The notes beneath the pieces were generated by a model that did no database searches, was not told where the DNA came from, and was given only the letters and a program-made list of their open reading frames with translations. Below, piece after piece: positions 41,531-53,219 of a stretch of 64,000 nucleotides of DNA. Positions within the stretch are counted from its first letter, which is position 1. Each line of letters starts with the position of its first letter. The position numbers were made by a program, and so were the translations under genes. This stretch comes from an uncultured Gammaproteobacteria bacterium (GTDB taxonomy: Bacteria; Pseudomonadota; Gammaproteobacteria; GCA-001735895), in assembly GCA_963768295.1 (NCBI GenBank), contig CAVYHN010000009.1:262548-326547 (forward strand), in the 5' to 3' direction.

Positions 41531-41549
41531 TATGCAGTTACCGTGCCAA
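41531..41549 (-). promoter_or_regulatory. sigma-54 promoter (TGGCAC-GGTAA-CTGCA) directly upstream of flgG
   Basis: Reverse complement TTGGCACGGTAACTGCATA, about 35 nt upstream of the flgG ATG. GG/GC spacing exact. Confidence 0.6.
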
Positions 41550-41805
41550 CAATTCACAGGGAAGTTAGTCGCAAGCATCTCGGTTCGGCGCCAACCGGCC
41601 GTTGCCCTGGCCTCGGCCAGTTACTGCAACCTGCTATTCAAATCCCGCGGGGCATGGCTTTTATTCTCGGTTCCGGGTTGCAGGGCTAAAGCCGCGAACC
41701 AGCGGCTGACAGATGGATAGACATCCCGTTTTATCGCTAATTTCCTTCACTGGAATAGCAACCAGGGTTACCATGTTGGACATTCGATATTTTGCGAAAA
41801 CCGTT

Positions 41806-42354
41806 ATGTCTTCACTACAGGATCAATTGCTCAAAGCCGGATTGGTAGACCAGAAAAAGGTTGCCAAAGCCAACCGGGATAAAACCAGAAAAGACAATCT
41901 CGCCCGTAAAAATAAAAGCCGAAAAAATGTGGAGCCGACTTCACAGCCAAATCGACTGGATAAAAAGTCGCAACGAGATCGCGAACTCAACCAGCAGCGG
42001 CAGGAGGCGGCCCGGCGCAAGGAACTCGCAGCCCAGGCAAAACAATTGATCGAAGATAACAAGCAGGACAGGACCCAGGGAGAACATCCCTATGGTTTCG
42101 TCTACAAAAACAAGGTGAAAAAAATCTTCGTCACCGAAGCGCAAAAGAAACAACTCGTCCTGGGGCAGCTTGCCATCGTTACCTACGTCACCAACGATGG
42201 TCGGAAATTTGAACTTGTGCCTGGGCCCGTGGGTGAAAAAATAGCCCAGCGTGATACGACCTGCAGCGTGGAAATCCAACAGCAGGAGGAATCCGAGGCG
42301 AATGCAGACGACAGCTATGCAGACTATCCGGTTCCGGATGATTTAACCTGGTAG
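41806..42354 (+). CDS. DUF2058-family protein (YaiL-like)
   Basis: MSSLQDQLLKAGLVDQKKVAKANRDKTRK… Lys/Arg/Gln-rich middle then C-terminal globular part. The ORF-track start 41713 is probably too far upstream. Confidence 0.55.
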   Translation: MSSLQDQLLKAGLVDQKKVAKANRDKTRKDNLARKNKSRKNVEPTSQPNRLDKKSQRDRELNQQRQEAARRKELAAQAKQLIEDNKQDRTQGEHPYGFVYKNKVKKIFVTEAQKKQLVLGQLAIVTYVTNDGRKFELVPGPVGEKIAQRDTTCSVEIQQQEESEANADDSYADYPVPDDLTW

Positions 42355-42591
42355 CACAAACCCCCAGGGCATCATTTTCTCGAGGCTATCTTTCTACTTA
42401 AAGCTAAGGTTTTACGTTGCGCAGTTGACCCCACCGCAGGCAGCGGCAGCCTGGCTATTTACGCTGAGTAGCAAAAAAACCGAGCCAATGCAGATTCTGC
42501 AGGCAAGCAATAAGAACTCATTTCAGAAACGGTCAAGCCGAGGTATGACGAGGGTTGGCAACGGAGATGTCTGCCAGGCAACGGGCGTATG

Positions 42592-42837
42592 CTAAATCGG
42601 TTCCAGCGGCGGATCGAGCAGGTTGAACAGGCGTTCCATGTGTTCGACGGCCTCGCGTCCGCTGTCGGTCAGCTGACCGCCGTCGGGCGCGGTGATCAGG
42701 CCTTTCGCGTGCATGCGACCGGCCGCGGCCAGGATTGCCGGGTCCGAATTGTCGTGGACATTCATCGCTATCGGTCCACCCATGCTGAAACGCCGCAGCA
42801 GGTTCAATTCGTCGATGAGTTCGGGATCTACATGCAT
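42592..42837 (-). CDS. small conserved hypothetical protein (81 aa) downstream of secF
   Basis: MHVDPELIDELNLLRRFSMGGPIAMNVHDNSDPAILAAAGRMHAKGLITAPDGG… Start placed at the internal Met after the secF stop. Confidence 0.4.
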   Translation of the reverse strand: MHVDPELIDELNLLRRFSMGGPIAMNVHDNSDPAILAAAGRMHAKGLITAPDGGQLTDSGREAVEHMERLFNLLDPPLEPI

Positions 42838-42853
42838 GCTTTCCTCCCAGGGC

Positions 42854-43786
42854 TCACGGCCTGGCCAGGTCTTCGCCTTCTTTTTCCGGCACCAGCAGAT
42901 CGCTGCGACTGATGCCGAGCACCAGCGCCGTGGTGGTGGCGACATAGATAGAAGAATAGGTTCCGACCAGGACCCCGATGATCAACGCCGTGGCAAAAGC
43001 GTGGATCACCTCGCCACCAAGGAAGAACAACGATAGCAATACCAGCAGGGTGGTGAAGGACGTCATCAAGGTACGTGAAATGGTCTGATTGATCGAGGTA
43101 TTGACCACTTCGAGCGATGTTTTTTTGCGAATCTTGCGGAAGTTTTCGCGCACGCGGTCGAACACGACGATGGTGTCGTTGAGCGAGTAACCGATAACCG
43201 CGAGAATCGCGGCCAGCACGCTCAGGTCGAAATTCAGCTGCAGCAGCGAAAACACGCCCAGCGTGATCATCACGTCATGGATCAGGGCCGCCACCGCGCC
43301 GAGCGAAAAACGATACTCGAAGCGAAACGCGACATATACCAGGATTGCGATCAGCGCGTATAGCACCGCCAGCCCGCCGTCCTCGGTGAGTTCCTCGCCA
43401 ACCTGGGGCCCGACGAAGTCGACCCGGCGGACTTCGATCTCGGTTTCGCTAACGGCTTCCAGCAGGCCGATAATCTGTGAACTCAGTTCAGCCTTGTCCT
43501 TACCGGACTCGGGGACCAGTCGAATCAATACTTCGCTGGCGCTGCCGAAATGCTGCACGATGGCATCGCCGAAACCCTCGCCTTCCAGCGCCTGACGAAT
43601 GGGCTCGAGCTCGACCGACTGCGGGTAGCCGACCTCGATAATGCTGCCGCCGGTGAAATCGATGCCGACATTCAGCTTCAGAGTAACCAGGCTAATAACT
43701 GAAACCAGCAACAAAGCCGCCGATATCAGCATCGCCGGTTTGCGCAGCGCCATGAAATCAAAGTTGTTGAGTAATGTCTTGGCCAT
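42854..43786 (-). CDS. secF: protein translocase subunit SecF
   Basis: 310 aa, 6 TM helices, SecD/SecF family. Confidence 0.9.
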   Translation of the reverse strand: MAKTLLNNFDFMALRKPAMLISAALLLVSVISLVTLKLNVGIDFTGGSIIEVGYPQSVELEPIRQALEGEGFGDAIVQHFGSASEVLIRLVPESGKDKAELSSQIIGLLEAVSETEIEVRRVDFVGPQVGEELTEDGGLAVLYALIAILVYVAFRFEYRFSLGAVAALIHDVMITLGVFSLLQLNFDLSVLAAILAVIGYSLNDTIVVFDRVRENFRKIRKKTSLEVVNTSINQTISRTLMTSFTTLLVLLSLFFLGGEVIHAFATALIIGVLVGTYSSIYVATTTALVLGISRSDLLVPEKEGEDLARP

Positions 43787-43788
43787 AA

Positions 43789-45658
43789 TCAGATCGCCAG
43801 CCGGGTTACCTGTTTACGTCCGTAAATCAGGTTGATGATTGCGCGCGTGCCGAATATCGCGGTGAACATCGACGACACGATACCGATCATCAGCGTCACC
43901 GCGAATCCCTGGATCGGACCGGTGCCGAAGCCGAACAATACGATGGCGGCGATAAAGGTTGTGATATTGGCGTCGGCAATGGTGCCAAAGGCCTTTTCAT
44001 AGCCGGCGAAAATTGCCGCCTGCGGCGTGTTGCCGTTACGCAATTCCTCGCGAATGCGCTCGAATATCAGTACGTTGGCGTCGACCGCCATACCGACGGT
44101 GAGGACGATACCGGCGATGCCGGGCAAAGTCAGGGTCGCCTGAAAAATCGACAGGATAGCCACCATCAGCACCAGGTTCAGGCTCAGCGCAAGGTTTGCC
44201 ACCAGGCCGAATACCTTGTAATAAACCGCCATGAATACCAGCACCAGCACAAAACCGACCAGTACCGAGAGGAAACCGCGATCGATGTTTTCCTGTCCCA
44301 GGCTCGGGCCCACGGTGCGTTCTTCGACGATCACCATCGGTGCGCGCAGCGCGCCGGCGCGCAGTAACAATGCCAGGTCACGGGCTTCACGGGTGCTGTC
44401 GAGGCCGGTGATATGGAAACGCTTGCTCAGCTGATCGCGAATCGTGGCGACATTGATGACCTGCGACTCGGTGGTCCTGATGCGCTGCTTTTCCCCTTCG
44501 ATCTCGCGAAATTCGAACTTGTCCTCGATGAAAACAACGCCCATCGGCTTGCCGATGTTATCGCGCGTGATTTTCGCCATGCGGTCGGCGCCCTTGGCAT
44601 TCATCGTAATCGTGACATCCGGCGTGCCACTCTGCTGGTCGATACCCGAAGCCGCGCCGACGATCTGGTCACCGGTAACGATGACGCTACGCTTGAGCAA
44701 GACCGGGTCGCCGTTACTCTGACTGTAGAGCCGGGTTCCGATGGGCGCCTTGCCGGCAGCCTGGGCCGCACTCCAGTCGGAGAAACTGCCGTGCACCAGG
44801 CGAAACTCGAGGGTTGCGGTCGCGCCCAGGATTTCCTTGGCGCGTACCGTGTCCTGCACGCCCGGTAACTGCACCACGACGCGCTCGTCACCCTGGCGCT
44901 GGATTACCGGCTCGGCGACACCGAGTTCGTTGACGCGATTCTTGAGGGTGGAAATATTCTGTTCAATCGCGGCGCGACGCTCTTCTTCGAGCGCAGTGGG
45001 ATTGTAGCTGATGTCGATAAACCAGCTGCGATCGTCGTTGCTGTCGACAAACTCGAAGTCACGAAACTCCTCTTCCAGTATCGGGCGCGCGGCATCGCGG
45101 GTTTCGGCGGAGGTAAAACGAATGCTGATCGATTCTTTACTCGCCTGCACCGCCTTGTAGCGCACTTTTTCTTCACGCATGAAGCTGCGCAGCTCGCCGG
45201 AGGCGCGATTCAACGACTTTTCGATCGCCGACTCCATATCGACTTCCATCAAAAAATGCACCCCGCCGCGCAGATCGAGGCCGAGGTACATCGGTAATGC
45301 GTTCAGCGCCGTCAGCCAGTCCGGTGTCGCCGGCGCCAGGTTAAGCGCAATGCTGTAACGCTTGTCGCTGGCGTGGAGCACATCGCGCATCTGCGTGGCC
45401 GCCTTGAGCTGGGCGTCTTCCGAAGCGAAACGCACCAGTACGTTGTTGCCATCCAGTTCGGCCGAAAGATACTCGATATCCTCGGACTGCAGCAGGCTTT
45501 TGATATTGTTTAACTCGCGCCTCATCGACGAGATTGACCCGATGCGTAATCTGCAGCGCGGGATCTTCACCATACAGATTGGGCGTGGCGTAAACCGCGC
45601 CAATGGCAATAATCAGGATGAGGAGAATATATCTCCAGGGGGCGTAACGATTAACCAT
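43789..45658 (-). CDS. secD: protein translocase subunit SecD (apparent frameshift near 45530-45570)
   Basis: The N-terminal 40 aa (MVNRYAPWRYILLILIIAIGAVYATPNLYGEDPALQI, ATG 45658) are in one frame. The remaining ~590 aa (…SSMRRELNNIKSLLQ… to the C-terminus) are in the -1/+1 frame (ORF 43789..45609). Both segments align collinearly to SecD. Confidence 0.8.
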
Positions 45659-45663
45659 CGGGA

Positions 45664-45993
45664 TTATAGATTCTTGATGGTGCCCTTGGGCAATACGGAG
45701 GCAATCGCGTGCCGCTGAATCTTGACTTCGACGTTGTCGGAAATCTTGCAGGTCAGGAAATTATCATCAACGTCGGTGATCTTGGCCAGCAAGCCGCCAT
45801 TGGTGATGATTTCATCGCCCTTGTTGAGCGCTTCGACCATGTTCTTGTGCTCTTTTGCCTTTTTCTGCTGTGGACGGATCAGCAGGAAGTAAAATATGCC
45901 GAACATCAACAGCAGCGGCAAAATCAGCTCCAGGGTGCCGGCTGACCCCCCTTCGGCTCCCTGCGCTAGCGCATCACTTATAAAGAAACTCAT
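45664..45993 (-). CDS. yajC: preprotein translocase subunit YajC
   Basis: 109 aa, single TM plus conserved YajC motif (…LLIRPQQKKAKEHKNMVEALNKGDEIITNGGLLAKI…). Confidence 0.9.
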   Translation of the reverse strand: MSFFISDALAQGAEGGSAGTLELILPLLLMFGIFYFLLIRPQQKKAKEHKNMVEALNKGDEIITNGGLLAKITDVDDNFLTCKISDNVEVKIQRHAIASVLPKGTIKNL

Positions 45994-46103
45994 TTCGATA
46001 AACCCCTGGTTTGCGATTGATTAGCCCGGGGCCCTGCCACCAAGCGGCGCGTATTATGGCACTAGGGCGGTCATCCCACAAGACGGAAGCGAATTTTTAC
46101 TCG

Positions 46104-48244
<2,141 letters not shown>

Positions 48245-48380
48245 GGTCGGGCCGGGTTAAAAACGCCGTATAATAACCCCAATGCCCGGGACACCAAACT
48301 TAATTTGCGCTTCGAGCGCGTAGTGCGCTCTCGGGATCACTACCACTTGCCCTGATTTTGAATTAGAATGCGCCCTCTTT

Positions 48381-48466
48381 GCCGGGGTGGCGGAACTGGT
48401 AGACGCGGCGGATTCAAAATCCGCTGGTGGTAACACCTTGGGGGTTCGAGTCCCCCCCCGGTACCA
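48381..48466 (+). tRNA. tRNA-Leu (anticodon CAA)
   Basis: GCCGGGGTGGCGGAACTGGTAGACGCGGCGGATTCAAAATCCGC…GGGGTTCGAGTCCCC…ACCA. Long variable arm, anticodon loop TT-CAA-AA, encoded CCA. Confidence 0.85.
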
Positions 48467-48485
48467 GCCTCGAGCAGGCTGAGTT
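48463..48485 (+). terminator. rho-independent terminator after tRNA-Leu
   Basis: CAGCCT-CGAGC-AGGCTG hairpin followed by AGTTTT immediately after the tRNA 3' end. Confidence 0.45.
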
Positions 48486-48642
48486 TTAACGCTAGACCAG
48501 CCCCTCTTTACTGCAGGCTTACCCCCTTGCTGACATCCTGTCGCAGTGTCAGATGTTCGCTATAGCGTCCCATCAAATGCCAATGGGGTATCTAGTCAGT
48601 GGCAAGCGCACAAGCTCAGGTCAATCCAGATGCAGGTATCTG

Positions 48643-50535
48643 TTACCCGAAGTTCAATATTAATCGAACCTGCGTTCCTGTCAGGGATCCGTTTATTTCA
48701 AGCTTTGCTCCAAGTTGCCCTGCGCGGTAGTGCATGTTCTTTATGCCCCGCCCTGCACTATTGCCGCCGGTGCTATTCTGCAAACCCCGGCCATAGTCGA
48801 TGATGTCAATATAAATCTGTGAATGTTCTGTTGCCAGCACCCCCGTCGTTAAGGTCAATTTCGCGGACCCAGAATGTTTGGCGCTATTGTTAATCGCCTC
48901 CTGCAGGATGCGCATGATGTGCAAACACTCGCCAGGCCCAATTGCCTCGCATTCGGGAAGATCAGTCACCGCCCACTCAAGTTCCATATTCGCCGAGCTA
49001 AGCTGCTCGGTAAATCGCATCCTCATCATTCCCAACAAGGTCGGCAAATCGCTGAGTACCGGGTCGAGCGAATCAATGACCAGACGCAAATCGGTTAAAC
49101 TGTGCTGCACCTTGTCACGAACGTTTCCAAAAACCTCTCCGCTTTTATCCTGCAACTGCGCGACGATGGATACCAGTTGCCCGCCGATACCATCATGCAT
49201 GTCACGCATGATTCGCTCACGCTCCTCTGCAAGCAGCCGTTTTTGCTCCGATATCCGCAGTTCCTGGTACTGGTTCTCCAGAGTCATCTGCTTTTCCCTT
49301 ACCCGTTGCTCGAGCACGGCAGTCATTTCTTCGGCCTGATTTATCGAACGCACGAAACGTCTGATCATGAACCAGCTGAATAACATGATTGATGGGATAA
49401 CACTGTACTGGACGATCAGTCCGTCAAGGCGGTCGATTAAATTATTCAGCAGCAAATAGTCATGCAGGCCTGAGACCAGGATGGGCATGCCGACTAAAAG
49501 CATCAGAAAAGCATCCTGAGCCGTTTTGTGATTTTTCTCTTCGCGGTAGTAAACAAATAGCAGATGCGAAATAGCGTAAATACCCAGCAGGCAAATACCG
49601 GTATCAAGAATGTGATAACCGACGTAATGGACGCTACTGACATCCGGAAGAAAAAGTAAACCGATGCTGGCGAGCGCGAAATACAGAATGATCTTTTCTA
49701 TTTTTTTATTCGCATAACCTACATAGCTGTGATTGAAGAAAATCATGGTCACGATCGTCCACACAAACGAAACCAGAATAACGGCCTCCCACAGACGAGT
49801 AGACACCGGCACGCCGGTGACAAACAGGTTTAGGTTATGCGTAGCCCAGAGAAACAGTTCCAGAGAAAACAAGGCGTAGACAATATCCTTGCGCCTGGCC
49901 AGCCAGAAGGCAAAAACGATCATCGACATGAAATACATCGCGGCGGTAATCCACTGAATAAATTCAAAACGGACCAGCCGCTTCCAGTCATAGGCAGGCT
50001 GTAGCTTTTTTGCCGGGCCGAAATAAAAACGATCGAGTAGACCCTGCTTGCCGACGGTGGTCTGCATTCGAATGTGAATACGGTTTTCACCCGAACGTAA
50101 CAGGTTTGACGAAAAGTTGATCATTAGTGGCTGATTGTGATGCCGCGACAAGGGCTCATCAAAACTGCCACCCTGGCCCACCCAGAGGCCATTGACATAC
50201 ACCGCGGCATTGTGAAAAACCATGGGCAAGTACACGGCCCATGCCGCCTCGGATCTGTCTTCAACGACAATTGTGGCCCGATACCAGGCACGATCCACCT
50301 GGGAATCTCGTTTCGCCCAGTCATCGGGTAACGACGCGGGCTGCCAATCCCCGGTTGGTAATTGAGCGGGTTCAGACAAATCGCTTGCGAGGTATTCGAG
50401 TTTTTCGATAGCCGGCAACTGTGGTTCGAAAAAAATACTGAATGGGGTATGAAAAACGACGACATTTAACAATGCCAGATAGATAAACAGAATCGAAAAC
50501 GCTGTGATTTTATGCCGGGTAAACCATGAAAACAT
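48643..50535 (-). CDS. 7TM-receptor-type sensor histidine kinase (periplasmic 7TMR-DISM-like sensor + 7 TM + HisKA_3 + HATPase), copy 1
   Basis: 630 aa: N-terminal extracellular domain, 7 TM helices, H-box RIMRDMHDGIGGQL (NarX/DegS-type), ATPase G-boxes. Confidence 0.85.
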   Translation of the reverse strand: MFSWFTRHKITAFSILFIYLALLNVVVFHTPFSIFFEPQLPAIEKLEYLASDLSEPAQLPTGDWQPASLPDDWAKRDSQVDRAWYRATIVVEDRSEAAWAVYLPMVFHNAAVYVNGLWVGQGGSFDEPLSRHHNQPLMINFSSNLLRSGENRIHIRMQTTVGKQGLLDRFYFGPAKKLQPAYDWKRLVRFEFIQWITAAMYFMSMIVFAFWLARRKDIVYALFSLELFLWATHNLNLFVTGVPVSTRLWEAVILVSFVWTIVTMIFFNHSYVGYANKKIEKIILYFALASIGLLFLPDVSSVHYVGYHILDTGICLLGIYAISHLLFVYYREEKNHKTAQDAFLMLLVGMPILVSGLHDYLLLNNLIDRLDGLIVQYSVIPSIMLFSWFMIRRFVRSINQAEEMTAVLEQRVREKQMTLENQYQELRISEQKRLLAEERERIMRDMHDGIGGQLVSIVAQLQDKSGEVFGNVRDKVQHSLTDLRLVIDSLDPVLSDLPTLLGMMRMRFTEQLSSANMELEWAVTDLPECEAIGPGECLHIMRILQEAINNSAKHSGSAKLTLTTGVLATEHSQIYIDIIDYGRGLQNSTGGNSAGRGIKNMHYRAGQLGAKLEINGSLTGTQVRLILNFG

Positions 50536-50600
50536 AACTGTCCGCCCGCTTCTTTGGAGCTAGTGCATATAGCTCACAAGAGAAATATCCGCTGATACCG

Positions 50601-51245
50601 CTAAGGTAAGAGCCCCTGTTGAATCGCCTGGTAAATAGCTTCTGATCGGCTGTTAACCTGCAGCTTATTATATATATTTTTGATATGCGTGGTGACGGTG
50701 TAATACGTGATGCCCAGTTTCTCGGAAACCTCTTGCGCCGAGAAACCCTGGCTCAACAGTTTCAGAATCTTTGTTTGCCTTGGGGTTAAGGCTTCGGGCA
50801 AAGGAATCGTCTGGGTTTGCACATTATGAAACTTCAACAGCATCAGCCGCGCAATAACCGGGCTCATCGGGGCACCGCCATCGATCATGGCGAGAATGGC
50901 ATCGGTGATTTTCTGACTCTTATCGTGTTTTAGAATATAGGCTTTGGCACCCGCTTCCAGTGCCTTGAACACCAGGTTTTCATCCTGAAAACCGGAAATC
51001 ACCATCGCGTCGCAATCCAGGTGCTGTTGCTCGATGGCCCTGATAATGTCGATACCGGAACCATCCGGCAAGCCGAGATCGGTGAGCAACACATCCGGTT
51101 TATGTTGAGATAAGGCCGACAAACCCTGCTCCATCGTGCCGCAGGCATCGAGCAGCTCGAACTGCTCGTGCTCCGCAATCAGGCTTGATAAACGACCCCG
51201 TACATCGGCATCATCCTCGACCAGCGTCACGGTATATTTATGCAT
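50601..51245 (-). CDS. NarL/FixJ (LuxR)-family response regulator, copy 1
   Basis: 214 aa, receiver (…DVLLTDLGLPDGSG…) plus C-terminal LuxR HTH (…ALTPRQTKILKLLSQGFSAQEVSEKLGITYYTVTTHIKNIYNKLQVNSRSEA…). Confidence 0.9.
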   Translation of the reverse strand: MHKYTVTLVEDDADVRGRLSSLIAEHEQFELLDACGTMEQGLSALSQHKPDVLLTDLGLPDGSGIDIIRAIEQQHLDCDAMVISGFQDENLVFKALEAGAKAYILKHDKSQKITDAILAMIDGGAPMSPVIARLMLLKFHNVQTQTIPLPEALTPRQTKILKLLSQGFSAQEVSEKLGITYYTVTTHIKNIYNKLQVNSRSEAIYQAIQQGLLP

Positions 51246-51347
51246 TGTTCATTAATCCGGAAAACATGCCTGTTATTGTAATGGCTGGCAGCGGCGTATC
51301 ACATTCACCCAGGGCATTGAGGGACAGATCGGAACCGAGATCCGCAG

Positions 51348-52221
51348 CTAGTAAATATACACCGAGCCGGCAAAGGAAGCGCTGTTATCCGACTGATCGC
51401 CACCGATACCGGTGGTCACACTATCCTCATCAGTGGCCCCCACTGCCAGGGTGCCGCCGTCTCCAGATAAGGCCAGGTTTAGACCGAACTCATCATTATC
51501 CTCGGTATTTGAAGCCTTGACGTAACCGATAGCCTCGACCAGATTAGCCGATAAGACCAACTCCGCAGAGGCGCATACCATCAACTTGACCAGAATGTTC
51601 CTTTGCAATCAGTTGATTATTATGCTCGATATCCTGATTGTATTGTAAACTAAAGTAATTATTTTCTATTCGACCTTCTTGCAATTCACCGCGACAAGAA
51701 TTCTTAAGACAAAAATTCACGACTTTCCAATTATATTTCGTCTTACATTGTCGACATTCTTGTTGAGGACCATTAACCGATTTTTTAACAACTAAAATAT
51801 CCGGATGCAACAACAATGCTTCTTGATTTCGATGCATATAATTTTCTATATAACCCATTTCGGTTAAAAAGGCAACAGCTTCATTCAAGTATGCTTCTTG
51901 GTTTTGAATATCATCACCGAAACATCTTCGGGTCCAGGTAGTCAAAGTTCGAGAAGTTCTTAATGCGAATGTATTAAAACGGTCCCCAAGCAATCTTCTT
52001 TGCTGCGGTTCAGCATTTGAAAAACATCCGGGTTTTGTTCCTTCAACAGCTTCAAATATTCTTTTGTCCGGAAGTATTTGACTTATTGGAACTATTACTT
52101 GTTGACCAAATGTTTCTCTATCAAGTAAGTTAGGATGGTTAAAGGCATTCTCTCTTCGGAATATATCCATTATCCCCTTGAGGTAATCATGCGCCAGATC
52201 AGGATTTTCAGCCGAAAGCAA
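51348..52221 (-). pseudogene. low-GC gene X copy 1: Cys-rich N-domain plus C-terminal FG-GAP-like repeat, split by a 2-nt indel
   Basis: ORF 51544..52221 (…CRQCKTKYNWKVVNFCLKNSC…NNQLIAKEHSGQVDG) and ORF 51348..51608 (…CASAELVLSANLVEAIGYVKASN…FG…LALSGDGGTLAVGATDEDS…VYIY) are contiguous in the right-arm copy but out of frame here (GGTATGCGCC versus GGTTGTTGCGCC). GC content drops to about 35-40%. Confidence 0.45.
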
Positions 52222-52416
52222 ATCATTACTCTTTAAATTAAATGAGTCTAATTTGCTTTCGGGTGAAAATCCAGATCTGACGCATGATTATCTCAAGGGT
52301 ATAATGGATATTTTCATAAGAGAAATGCTTTTAACCATTCTAACTTACTTGATAGAGAAACATTTGTCAACAGGTAATAATTCCAATTAGTCAAATACTT
52401 CCGGATAAAAGAATAT

Positions 52417-53118
52417 TTGAAGCTGTTGAAGGAACAAAAGTTCAGGGGTGTTTTTCAAACGCTGAACCGCAGCAAAGAAGAATTGCTTGGGTGCCGTTTT
52501 AATCCTTTCGCATTAAGAATTTCTCGAACTTTGAATACCTGGACTCGAAGATGTTTTGGTGATGATATTCAAAACCAAGCATACTTGAATGAAGCTGTTC
52601 CTTTTTAACCGAAATGGGTTATATAGAAAATTATATGAGTCGAAAGCATTGTTGTTGCATCCGGATATTTTAGTTGTTAGGAATTCGGTAATAGGTCCTC
52701 AACAAGAATGTCGACGATGTAAGACGAAATATAATTGGAAAGTCAGTGAATTTTTGTCTTAAGAATTCTTGTCGCGGTGAATTGCAGAAGGTCGAATAGA
52801 AATAATTACTTTAGTTTACAATATCAATCAGGATATCGACGTAATAATCAACTGATTGCAAAGGAACATTCTGGTCAAGTTGATGGTTGTTGCGCCTCTG
52901 CGGAGTTGGTCTTATCGGCTAATCTGGTCGAGGCTATCGGTTACTTCAAGGCGTCGAATGCTGAAGCAAGTGATGAGTTCGGCACGACCCTGGCCTTATC
53001 CGCTGATGGCAGCACCATGACAGTGGGGACTGTTGATGAGGATAGTGCCTCGACCGGGATCGGTGGCGATCAGCCGGATAACAGCGCTACCTCTGCAGGT
53101 GCGGTGTATATTTACTAG
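52417..53118 (+). pseudogene. low-GC gene X copy 2: N-domain degraded by multiple frameshifts and stops, FG-GAP tail intact
   Basis: ORF fragments 52417..52608 (…FALRISRTLNTWTRRCFGDDIQNQAYLNEAV…) and 52777..53118 (…NNQLIAKEHSGQVDGCCASAELVLSANLVEAIGYFKASN…AVYIY) match copy 1. Intervening frames are broken but still show similarity (LLLHPDILVV…GPQQECRRCKTKYNWKV). Confidence 0.4.
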
Positions 53119-53219
53119 CTGTGGATCTCAGCTCAGACCCGTTTGCCAATGCCTGGCCGAATGTGAAATATTGGTGTCAGCCATTACAATAACAGGCATG
53201 TTTTCCGGATTAATGAACA

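Larger units (their letters stand above)
48612..52235. repeat. left arm of ~3.6 kb imperfect inverted duplication (HK1-RR1-X1)
   Basis: The reverse complement of 48612-52235 aligns collinearly with 52236-55852. Outer junctions are readable (…GACCTGAGC then divergence). Encoded RR proteins ~99% identical, HK proteins ~94%. Confidence 0.85.
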
